Below, in pieces: positions 9,813 through 17,677 of a DNA stretch of 20,465 nucleotides. Positions within the stretch are counted from its first letter, which is position 1, and each line of letters begins with the position of its first letter. Both the position numbers and the translations under genes were made by a program. A model generated the notes under the pieces. That model was not told the DNA's origin, searched no databases, and saw only the letters and a list, made by a program, of their open reading frames with translations. Source of the stretch: an uncultured bacterium (GTDB lineage Bacteria > Hydrogenedentota > Hydrogenedentia > Hydrogenedentales > JAEUWI01); contig CAXBPH010000114.1 in the NCBI GenBank assembly GCA_963977445.1, forward strand, positions 1 to 20,465, given 5' to 3'.

Positions 9813-9875
9813 TTGTAAAGATTCTGATTTTATTGTAAATCAAATCATTGTTAGGTGTAAACCATTTTTAGCAAT
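9813..9875 (-). promoter_or_regulatory. AT-rich marR promoter with overlapping palindromes (candidate autoregulatory operator)
   Basis: Minus strand TTTACA-N18-TACAAT. Palindrome TGATTT-N6-AAATCA at 9825-9842 and imperfect palindrome ATTGTTAGGTGTAAACCAT at 9847-9865. Confidence 0.5.
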
Positions 9876-10063
9876 AGTTGGCGGGACGGGAATGGGGCGG
9901 CGCGCTTGCACCGGATAAGTACGCCATTGAAGCCCGTGGTCTTTGGTCGATGGCGACCATGGGAGAGGGACGTGAGACGTCGTGAATGAGGTTTTCCGTG
10001 TTTGGGGAAGACGGGGCGGGCGAAGGGCATTGCATAGGCTTGTTATCGAGTTCATACAATTCT

Positions 10064-10209
10064 TTGTGTCGGTATTTCTTTGCGTACATACAGGAGACGC
10101 AATAGTATGGAGGAGCGCCGGATGTTCTATCTCATACCGACAGAGGAATGTTTAACTTGATTATCGTGTTGTTGTGTCGGTATTTGTCGTTACGTGATGA
10201 GACAGGAGA
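10064..10209. repeat. Short dispersed repeats in a non-coding gap
   Basis: TTGTGTCGGTATTT occurs at 10064-10077 and 10172-10185, each followed by ACAGGAGA (10090-10097, 10202-10209). The inverted core ATACCGACA is at 10134-10142. Confidence 0.6.
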
Positions 10210-10334
10210 TGGGTGCCGTAGGGGGCACTCGAGGAGATTAGGTGGGGGAATTCCTATCCCGTATCAGGACCCTGCGCCCGACATAGGTTCCCGCAGTATC
10301 GCGCGGAAAGAATAGATTCCCCGTGGCAGTGGGA

Positions 10335-11312
10335 TCAGGAGACCCGCACCATAACAAACTCCACAATACCTTCCATGCTGTCCCGGTAGGCGCTGGGGGG
10401 GAGTTTGGAAAGGTGGCGGCGGGCATCATCGGCATAGGAGCGGGTGAGGGCCTCGGCCTGATTCTTCGCACCCGTTTCCTCTGCTTTCCCAATGACCCAT
10501 GCCCGGTCATCATCGGAAATATCGGCACCCCGCATCGCCTCAAGCCGTTCAAGGTCGGCACCATTCAGGCCATGTTTCAGATGCATGATGGGAATCGTCT
10601 TTTTGCCTTCGACGATATCGCCACAGGCCGGTTTGCCCAGCTGCTCCGTTGATTGGGTAATGTCGAGCATATCATCGACCAACTGAAAGGCGATACCCAG
10701 TGAAATGCCGAATTGATAGAGCGATTTTCGGTGGGTCGCGTCGATGATGTAGGTGGGCGCACTGCACGCTTCTGCAAAGAGGCTTGCTGTTTTCTGCTCG
10801 GCCAGCATGATGCAATCTTCGGCCACAATAGGGTCATTTTCTTTGCCAAAGAAATACAATTCGCCTTCAGCCATGCACCGCACCGACTTGATGGCATTGG
10901 CGACGACCGTGCAGACATCGTATGTCGCTAGCATTTCGACGGCACGTGCGACGAGATAATCGCCACCAAGCACCGCAGCGTGATTATCCCAAAAGACATT
11001 CAGTGAGGAGTTGCCCCGGCGTAATATTGCGCGGTCGATCACATCATCGTGGGCGAGGGATGCAATATGAAGGGCTTCAAAAGAGCTGGCCAAGGTGACG
11101 TACTGTTTTAAATTGGTGCCACCGATTGCCCCCGCGGCCAATAGAGAAAGGGCCGGGCGCAACAATTTGCCTCCGGGACGGGGGGATGCATCGCCATCAA
11201 TGCGGACGAGGGCCAATGCGTCAACCCAGAGCTGGTGAATCGTGTCACGGACACCATCCAACTCCGTCTCTATGGGGCGATATAAGTCTGTCAAAGCTAT
11301 AGTTTTACTCAC
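10335..11312 (-). CDS. Polyprenyl diphosphate synthase, long-chain (IspB/HepT-like)
   Basis: GGKLLRP, first aspartate-rich motif ASLAHDDVID..RRG (small residues at -5/-4, no insertion, consistent with a long-chain product), KTASLF, FQLVDDMLD, GK...DIVEGKKT. GTG start. Confidence 0.93.
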   Translation of the reverse strand: MSKTIALTDLYRPIETELDGVRDTIHQLWVDALALVRIDGDASPRPGGKLLRPALSLLAAGAIGGTNLKQYVTLASSFEALHIASLAHDDVIDRAILRRGNSSLNVFWDNHAAVLGGDYLVARAVEMLATYDVCTVVANAIKSVRCMAEGELYFFGKENDPIVAEDCIMLAEQKTASLFAEACSAPTYIIDATHRKSLYQFGISLGIAFQLVDDMLDITQSTEQLGKPACGDIVEGKKTIPIMHLKHGLNGADLERLEAMRGADISDDDRAWVIGKAEETGAKNQAEALTRSYADDARRHLSKLPPSAYRDSMEGIVEFVMVRVS

Positions 11313-11683
11313 CGGAAGAGTATAGCACAGGCATTTTTAAGCGTTCCAGCCACAGCCATGAGTTCATTTGGCGGTCGGGCGTGGGGGGAATGCAAAATAT
11401 CAGTACGGCTCGTAACCGGTATCTGCCGTTTCGGTACGAATATAATTCGTTCGAACCCTTCACATGGATCTCAGCCGCTCTTGTAGCAGCGTTCCGTGCA
11501 CCGATTATTTTTCGGGCGGGCAGGCCCTACGGCCATCATTGCTTAAAATCATAATTGTGATATACAATTTGATTACAAGGCTCCGATCTGACTTCTTGGG
11601 GGAGGTATCCATCGTGGATAGCCGGGCGTTGAGGATGCGTATACGCCGATCGAATGACCAGCTAACTGGGAGGTCAATACTCC

Positions 11684-13786
11684 GTGGAAACTTCAGCATT
11701 GTCCACTGCATTGGACAAGCTCAGGGTGGGAGATTCAAGTCATGAGCCCCACCTGACCGATGCCGAGGTCCGCGCACTGTCGACGTATCTGGTAGAATTG
11801 ACCTCTTCCTCCTCAACGTCGGAATCGGAACACGTCCTTTGCAAGCAAATTCGAATGGTTCTACAGGCCTGCGCCGTTCGCGCGAAAACGGATAAAACGG
11901 TGGCAGAGCAATCATTTCAGCGATCGAATAACGCGTTGCGTGCGGCTATCGATGTATTTCTTGTAAGCGATTTTGCACGGGTGCCTCCGTGTGATGTTCA
12001 ATTGCTTCAGGCCACCTTGGCGCGTCTGCAGCAAATGGATGAGAGCGGTGATGGCTCAACCAATCAAGCCCGCCTTGCCCAGCTCATAATGAAGTGCCTG
12101 GAAAATTACAATGCGTGGATTGTTGAGCACCCGCCCGAGACCGTCGTCCCCGTGAAGGCGGATTACATCATCGATTCCCCACCGCCCACGGAAACGCTGG
12201 CACCCGAAGAGCCCGTCGACAGTTCAGATGGGGGCATCACACTGGATATACAGGGGCTGCTTTCCCGGGCAGACCAGCGAGTCAGTATTACGGAACTCGA
12301 AGGCACCGCCATAGCAGCCAATTTAAGACCCGTTGTTATCGAGGGTGCGCTGTTTGTTGATGGAGACATACCCGAAGACCTATTGCTGACGGTGGAAGGT
12401 GGGGGCGTGACGATAGCAGGCTCGGTCTCGGGATACGTCATTGCTGACGGAGATATATCCGTTCGGGGTAATGCCCTCGGAGGGTGGATGTTCAGCCGTC
12501 AAGGAACGATTCAATCGTCTCGTGTGCTTGCTTCCGCTACGGCAATTGCACCTCGGGGCAATATTACCGTTGAATCAGTGGAGAGCGCTGCACTGTTGTA
12601 TTGCGGCAAAGGCTGTTCCGTTGACGGTGACGCATCCAGTCTGGTCGTCTATGCCAACAAGTTTACCGTTGGCGGCACGGTTAAAAAAGCGATGATATAC
12701 ATTCGCAACCGTTTCGATGCGGGCGCGGTCGAAGTGAACCCGCGCGAAGAAACCAAGGTTCAATTTCGTGCAGCCCAGTCGTGCCTGGATTTCGGGCGTC
12801 CGATCCCGGCGGCGGCCGTCGCGGGGCTGCGTCAGATTACCCGTCTCAACTACCGGAATGTAGTCATGGCAGATTTGCTGCGATTCCTCGAAACGGAACG
12901 TATCAATATTGCCCGGGCACGGATCTACTTGGCGAAGACCGGCAAAGAATCCGAGGCCATTCTCTCTGATCTCCGAGGCGGTCACGCCATTCATGCCGCG
13001 ATACAAGTGTTATTGGGCGTTACCGAAGCCATTAAAGAAACCTACGCCGTCGGCGAAAGTTTGGGAGAGGCCCATACGGGCGTCTTGGTGAACGGTGCCT
13101 TAGACGAAGCCGCGAATTTCGTGTCGGTCATCGTCAAGGAAGCGGAGGGCATGTCCAAAGAATACGTGGGTGCTACGGATGATATTGATTCCCCCTGTCG
13201 TCACCTGAAGAGCTTCTCGAAGAAATTCAAAGAAGCCCTGCGGCTGGGTACCGGACTTGATATGTTGATGTATGACTTCGATATGCGTCTCGACGAATGG
13301 CGGGAGGTCGCCGAAAAAGCACGTGTGCGCTACAGCGAAATATTACCCCGGATTGTCGAATCCCTCGGTGAAAATGTCTTCAAAGTGGTGGATTGTGAAA
13401 AGCTGGACGCGCTCGCCACCCGATTGGAGGGGCAGGTATCCGGCACGGGAACCTCAAGCCAACGATTCCGGTGCCTGAAGCAAAAGTCGACTCAATATGC
13501 AAGCATGAATGCCCGCTGGCGCGAGTCGGAGAAAGTCACGCGTCAGGAATATGAAACGGCTATCGCCGGTTTCTTCGAAATGTTCGAGCTCATACTATCC
13601 CGTCGGGATGGTCGTGGGCTACATGTCGGCAACATGTCCGAGGGGGTGCCCATTAGGACACTGGCCGTTTGCGAAAGAATGAGTGGGCGCGATCGAACCG
13701 CCGCAGTACGCTCCCCGAATGCATCACCCTATCAACTACGTTGCGAGAACCTTCGCCTCTACCTCACCAGCGACAATACCTCCTGA
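11684..13786 (+). CDS. Hypothetical 700-aa protein with a FapA/DUF342-like beta-solenoid and long helical regions
   Basis: Long ORF with GGGAGG RBS and GTG start. The central repetitive segment (IEGALFVDGDI, VTIAGSVSGYVIADGDISVRGN, APRGNITVESV) resembles DUF342 and is followed by a helical region and a LHVGNMSEGVPI tail. Confidence 0.6.
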   Translation: METSALSTALDKLRVGDSSHEPHLTDAEVRALSTYLVELTSSSSTSESEHVLCKQIRMVLQACAVRAKTDKTVAEQSFQRSNNALRAAIDVFLVSDFARVPPCDVQLLQATLARLQQMDESGDGSTNQARLAQLIMKCLENYNAWIVEHPPETVVPVKADYIIDSPPPTETLAPEEPVDSSDGGITLDIQGLLSRADQRVSITELEGTAIAANLRPVVIEGALFVDGDIPEDLLLTVEGGGVTIAGSVSGYVIADGDISVRGNALGGWMFSRQGTIQSSRVLASATAIAPRGNITVESVESAALLYCGKGCSVDGDASSLVVYANKFTVGGTVKKAMIYIRNRFDAGAVEVNPREETKVQFRAAQSCLDFGRPIPAAAVAGLRQITRLNYRNVVMADLLRFLETERINIARARIYLAKTGKESEAILSDLRGGHAIHAAIQVLLGVTEAIKETYAVGESLGEAHTGVLVNGALDEAANFVSVIVKEAEGMSKEYVGATDDIDSPCRHLKSFSKKFKEALRLGTGLDMLMYDFDMRLDEWREVAEKARVRYSEILPRIVESLGENVFKVVDCEKLDALATRLEGQVSGTGTSSQRFRCLKQKSTQYASMNARWRESEKVTRQEYETAIAGFFEMFELILSRRDGRGLHVGNMSEGVPIRTLAVCERMSGRDRTAAVRSPNASPYQLRCENLRLYLTSDNTS

Positions 13787-13788
13787 GT

Positions 13789-13812
13789 CCATGCCAGGGA
13801 CCCCCGGCACGG
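13789..13812. terminator. GC-rich hairpin between convergent genes
   Basis: Minus strand CCGTGCCGGG...CCTGGCATGG stem with G-U pairs; no clear U tract. Confidence 0.45.
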
Positions 13813-13829
13813 TTTCGTGGCTCGACGTG

Positions 13830-14855
13830 CTACAGGGCCGGTGTGGATGCCTTAATCGGATTGAGCCAGGTAAAGTGGATGGGCTCGGGGGTATCGGAAG
13901 TCTTCAACGTCTTTCGGCTGTGTACACGATCCAACAGCTTGTTGTAGCGTTCTGGGAGGCGACAAAGGTAATCCTGCGCCTTCGCAGCGGCTGGAGACAG
14001 ACCGGTCAGGTGTTCGATATTCCACTCCTCAAGCAGGTGCTCAATGATATCCACATAGTCCTTGCCCGTGTAGACGCCTGCACGGGTGGCCACTTCTTCA
14101 AACTTCTTGAAGGTGTCGCCAATCTGCCCGCCCCGTTCACGCATATACATGGCCGGCATGGTAATCTTTTTCTTCATCATGTCGTGAAATGCCAAAATAG
14201 TTTCGTTGGTATCGACTTCCATGATTTTAGAAATGAAATATTTGTAGGCGCGGGCATGTCGGTGTTCGTCTCCGGCGATTTTTGCGGAAAGCTCGTAGAG
14301 TTTTTCTGCCCCTACGGAACGGGCGATCTTGCCTACGTTCAGGTGAGACACACGGGTAGCAATCTCCTGAAAGGAGGTGTAGATAAAAGTTCGATAAGGA
14401 TCGTTTTCGCTCTGGGTGTCGCCCCCGTCCGCAATAAGGTTTTGCACGGTAACTTCCACTTCACGCATGTTGACCCGTCCGGAAAGATAGAGCCAGCGAT
14501 TTAGCAGATCGCCATGACGGTTCTCCTCACCACACCAGGCCCGATTCCAGGCTCCCCAGGCCGTTTGTGGCTCGCCCGTGGCCCCCACACCTTCCAGGGT
14601 GCTGATCCACGACGCGTAGGAGGGCAGGGCCTCCTCGGTAACCATATCACCCACCAGAATGACCAGGGCATCTTCCGGAAGGCGTTCGGCCTCTTCACGT
14701 AGTTCGCGAAGGGCCTCGAAGCCCTCGTCCGTAGAGAGGTCCGGTGAATAATCGCTGGGTTGCCAGTTGGTCTCGGGATTGCGCAAGAATACGGAGAGAT
14801 TCTCGGACACGAATCGTTCGACGTGCTGCATGACTTCCAGGCGTGAAGGTATCAT
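13830..14855 (-). CDS. Soluble acyl-ACP desaturase (plant stearoyl-ACP desaturase / mycobacterial DesA1 family)
   Basis: WQPSDY, LVGDMVTEEALPSY, di-iron motifs WCGEENRHGDLL and IAGDEHRH, YTSFQEIATRVSH, MMKKKITMPA and AQDYLCRLP. Confidence 0.95.
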   Translation of the reverse strand: MIPSRLEVMQHVERFVSENLSVFLRNPETNWQPSDYSPDLSTDEGFEALRELREEAERLPEDALVILVGDMVTEEALPSYASWISTLEGVGATGEPQTAWGAWNRAWCGEENRHGDLLNRWLYLSGRVNMREVEVTVQNLIADGGDTQSENDPYRTFIYTSFQEIATRVSHLNVGKIARSVGAEKLYELSAKIAGDEHRHARAYKYFISKIMEVDTNETILAFHDMMKKKITMPAMYMRERGGQIGDTFKKFEEVATRAGVYTGKDYVDIIEHLLEEWNIEHLTGLSPAAAKAQDYLCRLPERYNKLLDRVHSRKTLKTSDTPEPIHFTWLNPIKASTPAL

Positions 14856-14926
14856 TAAACTCAGGTCCTCGTGGGGCTGCCGTTGCGTGACTGTTGAAGA
14901 TACGAAGCAAAACTGTTAGGGGTTAA

Positions 14927-14956
14927 ATTATATAAGTTCCCCGCTCGCCAGATCAA
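14927..14956 (-). promoter_or_regulatory. Sigma70-type promoter of the desaturase gene
   Basis: Minus strand TTGATC-N18-TATAAT, about 70 nt upstream of the ATG. Confidence 0.65.
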
Positions 14957-15341
14957 GGAATTGCTGCGCCACTACGAGGGCGTTGATCCATGTCGAAGCG
15001 GGCGCGGAGCTGCCTGCATTAATAAGACTACCTTGGGCCCCGATTGGTTGCCGGGTGTCATTTGCGTTTTCCCCACCAAAGCCGATACCATAAAGCACCC
15101 TACACAATTGATAGCATAGGGTGTGCCTCTATGCCATCATTGCCGTTTGCATGCTGTGCCAATTTTATTTCAGCTGCTTGCGGGAGAATTGGGCACCTGC
15201 AAAACGAGCTCTCTGATTCGTAGCGCTGTGTGAATTGATCCGGGTTATGCGTCTGGTACATCGGGGGAGGGCCAGTCGTTGACGCTTGGTGGCACGTGCC
15301 TGTACTTTAATGGGCTCGCAGCAGGGATTGAAGGTACGACG

Positions 15342-15941
15342 ATGAAAAACAGAGTATTCACGACAGGTGAAGTCGCCACTATCTGCGGTGTATCTGCGGA
15401 TACCGTATCCCGTTGGTTTGACCTCGGACAAATTGAGGGATACCGCCTCGGGCCGGGGGGCGACCGAAGAATTCCCTATAGCAGCCTGCGGACCTTCATG
15501 CTGAATCACGGTATACCGGTGGAGCGTCTTGAAGAAGGCGAACGCCGAATTCTGGTGGTCGATGATGACCCGTATTACCTCGACATTATCCCCGCCGTAC
15601 TCGCGCGGGAAGAAGATTTCGTCGTATTGACGGCTTCCACCGGTTTCGATGCCGGAGCCATCATCGTCGAACACAACCCCCAACTGGTTATTCTCGACAT
15701 CCATCTTTCCGACATGGATGGGCGCATGGTATGCGAGCGGGTCAAGGCCCGTGTTGAAACCCGGAATACGCGAATCCTGGGGATTTCGGGCTTCATTGAA
15801 GAAGACGAGATTCTAGAGCTCTCCAGTTACGGGTTTGATGACTTCCTCAAAAAACCCTTTCGGGTCGAGGAACTCGCTACGCGGGTAAACACCTTGTTTG
15901 CCCTTCCCCCGTCAAAGGTAAATCGCCCCCGCGTGCTCTAG
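15342..15941 (+). CDS. Response regulator with N-terminal excisionase/MerR-like HTH (HTH_17) and C-terminal receiver domain
   Basis: VFTTGEVATICGVSADTVSRWFDLG.IEGYRL.PGGDRRIP, then RILVVDDD, LVILDIHLSDMDG and KKPF. ATG at 15342 follows GAAGG; candidate promoter TTGACG-N18-TACTTT at about 15279-15308. Confidence 0.9.
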   Translation: MKNRVFTTGEVATICGVSADTVSRWFDLGQIEGYRLGPGGDRRIPYSSLRTFMLNHGIPVERLEEGERRILVVDDDPYYLDIIPAVLAREEDFVVLTASTGFDAGAIIVEHNPQLVILDIHLSDMDGRMVCERVKARVETRNTRILGISGFIEEDEILELSSYGFDDFLKKPFRVEELATRVNTLFALPPSKVNRPRVL

Positions 15942-16048
15942 GAGTCTGACTCCTAGCAACGGGCCCCTACTACCCCGGTATCCCGCAACGAGGAAATTTG
16001 GGGTTCGAAGTCAGCCCGGCACGCAGGCCTGACGCCATACAGCGCCCC

Positions 16049-17026
16049 TCAGGGCCACTCTGGTTTGGCTTCTCGGGTCATCAGTCCTTCGATTGCTTCC
16101 CGGGCGGACACATTCTCAAACAAGACCTGGTAGGTCGCTTCCGCCAGCGGCAGGTCTACCCCCATCCGTTTTGAAAGCGCATGGACCGACTGGGTCGTGC
16201 GAATACCTTCCGCAACCATGTGGCTACCCTGAATGACTTCATCCAGCGTCTTGCCCCGGGCGATGGCTTCGCCAACGGCCCGGTTGCGTGAATGTTTGCT
16301 CGTGCAGGTCGTAATCAGGTCACCCATACCACTCAGGCCCGCAAAGGTCAGGGGATTGGCTCCACAGGCGACACCCAGCCGCGCCATTTCGGCCAGACCT
16401 CGGGTAATTAACGCCGACTTGGCATTGTCGCCCAACCCGAATCCGTCACAGACGCCCGCCGCGATGGCGACGACATTTTTCAGTGAGCCACCAAGTTCCA
16501 CACCGATGATATCGGGGCTGGTGTACACCCGAAATGTCCCGCAGAAAAATGCATCCTGAACCGCGTGACGGGCCGCCCCATCGGAACTGGCCGCAACCAC
16601 CGATGCAGGTAGACCACGCCCAACTTCTTCCGCGTGGCTCGGTCCCGAGAGGGAAACGACGGGACTGCCCGGAGCCAACAATGCGATCACTTCACTCATA
16701 CGCAGCAAGGTATCGTTTTCAATGCCCTTGGCCACACTTACCCGAATCGGATTGCCCCGAAAGATAAACTGAGGGACGACCATGCGCATGGCGTGGGACG
16801 GGACGGCGTAGATCACCATGTCCACGTCGGCGTCGATGTTTCGGTCGATTTCGACCGATTCAGGAATGAGCACCCCGGGGAGATAGGTTGTGCTTTCCCG
16901 CGTTTCGCGCAGGCCCCTGGACTCATCTTCACTGCGACACCATAGCCGTACGTTGTGGCCGTTCAACGCCAGGACCCGGGTGATGGCCAATCCCCAGCTG
17001 CCGCCTCCAATTACCTGTATTCGCAT
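16049..17026 (-). CDS. gpsA: NAD(P)H-dependent glycerol-3-phosphate dehydrogenase
   Basis: MRIQVIGGGSWG (Rossmann fold), AVPSH, AKGIE, SGPSHAEEV, GVELGGSLKNVVAIAAG, GLSGMGDLITTC.S.HSRN and VAEG. True start is ATG 17026. Confidence 0.96.
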   Translation of the reverse strand: MRIQVIGGGSWGLAITRVLALNGHNVRLWCRSEDESRGLRETRESTTYLPGVLIPESVEIDRNIDADVDMVIYAVPSHAMRMVVPQFIFRGNPIRVSVAKGIENDTLLRMSEVIALLAPGSPVVSLSGPSHAEEVGRGLPASVVAASSDGAARHAVQDAFFCGTFRVYTSPDIIGVELGGSLKNVVAIAAGVCDGFGLGDNAKSALITRGLAEMARLGVACGANPLTFAGLSGMGDLITTCTSKHSRNRAVGEAIARGKTLDEVIQGSHMVAEGIRTTQSVHALSKRMGVDLPLAEATYQVLFENVSAREAIEGLMTREAKPEWP

Positions 17027-17078
17027 CGTTGAAAAAGTATCCAAGGGTTTCGGTCTTGCGGTTAGGGTGTGGATCTGT

Positions 17079-17108
17079 ACCCTAGCAAAGTGGCGTCGTG
17101 TGGAGCAA
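17079..17108 (-). promoter_or_regulatory. Candidate gpsA promoter, downstream of the sRNA copy 1 terminator
   Basis: Minus strand TTGCTC-N18-TAGGGT with a TGc extended -10. Confidence 0.35.
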
Positions 17109-17118
17109 TGGCAGGCAC

Positions 17119-17242
17119 AAAAAAGGCCCGCCGAGGGGGGCACCTCGACGGGCTGCGGCAGGTAGGCTCTTCGTTTGGCAGGGGGCATGCCAAATTGAGG
17201 GAGTTGCTGACTCCGAAGAGTCAATCAACTGAGTGAGCCTAC
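17119..17242 (-). ncRNA. Putative structured small RNA, copy 1 (C-rich-loop sibling sRNA; family not recognised)
   Basis: P1 GUAGGCUC/GAGCCUAC. P2 AGUUG-AU-UGACUC(UUCG)GAGUCA-G-CAACU. P3 UUUGGCA(UGCCCCC)UGCCAAA. Terminator GCCCGUCGAGG(UGCCCC)CCUCGGCGGGC-C-UUUUUU. TATACT lies 7 nt upstream of the 5' G. Confidence 0.8.
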
Positions 17243-17249
17243 AATTAGG

Positions 17250-17288
17250 AGTATAACCGAAATGTGCGACGAAAGTGAAACAAAAAAA
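17250..17288 (-). promoter_or_regulatory. Promoter of sRNA copy 1
   Basis: -10 TATACT (17250-17255), -35-like TTCACT (17274-17279) and an upstream T tract. Confidence 0.6.
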
Positions 17289-17543
17289 CGAAGCTTTTCT
17301 TTCGATTCGGTAGCTTGTGAGCCCGCGCAGGCCTACGATAAAAGACATGATTGACCACGAATACTACCGCGGCGGCCGCTCCCGACAATCGCGTGAGATG
17401 ATGTGTTGGATCGCAGGAACCGGCTACGGAAGGTTTTTTCAGGTAGGGCCCGAAGATCTGGGAAACATAATCTTGAACGGGGGGAGAAGGGGCGGTATCG
17501 TAGTGCTGGAACGCATGCCGCCTTACCGCAGGATTCTCTCGTG

Positions 17544-17670
17544 AAAATGAAGCGCCCGCCGAGGGGGGCACCTCGACGGGCTGCGGCAGGTAGGCTCATC
17601 ATTTGGCAGGGGGCATGCCAAATTGAGGGAGCTGATGACTCCGAAGAGTCAATCAACTGTGCGAGCCTAC
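17544..17670 (-). ncRNA. Putative structured small RNA, copy 2 (C-rich-loop sibling sRNA; family not recognised)
   Basis: Same fold as copy 1, with 6 substitutions over 119 nt (17554-17672 vs 17126-17244). The terminator hairpin is followed by GCUUCAUUUU. TATACT lies 7 nt upstream of the 5' G. Confidence 0.8.
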
Positions 17671-17677
17671 AAACAGA

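Noticed and set aside
13683..14504. 273-aa plus-strand ORF
   Set aside because: Antisense shadow of the acyl-ACP desaturase.
15289..15306. TGGCACG as a sigma54 promoter upstream of the HTH-receiver gene
   Set aside because: The required GC at -12 is missing (GG-N10-TA); a sigma70-like TTGACG-N18-TACTTT fits better.
17027..17224. 66-aa N-terminal extension of GpsA in the ORF track
   Set aside because: GpsA homologues begin at the Rossmann motif (MRIQVIGGGSWG), and the extension crosses the sRNA terminator.
17082..17656. ORFs 17082-17348 and 17333-17656 sharing the peptide IDSSES..PSIWHAPCQ..SLPAAARRGAPLGG
   Set aside because: The shared peptide is just the translation of the repeated RNA. 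The TTG start is buried in a stem with no RBS, the frames run through the terminators, and the C-termini are unrelated.
17119..17672. The 119-nt direct repeat read as a CRISPR array or IS ends
   Set aside because: There are only two units, far longer than CRISPR repeats, with a ~310-nt spacer and no cas or transposase gene. Each unit carries its own promoter and terminator.
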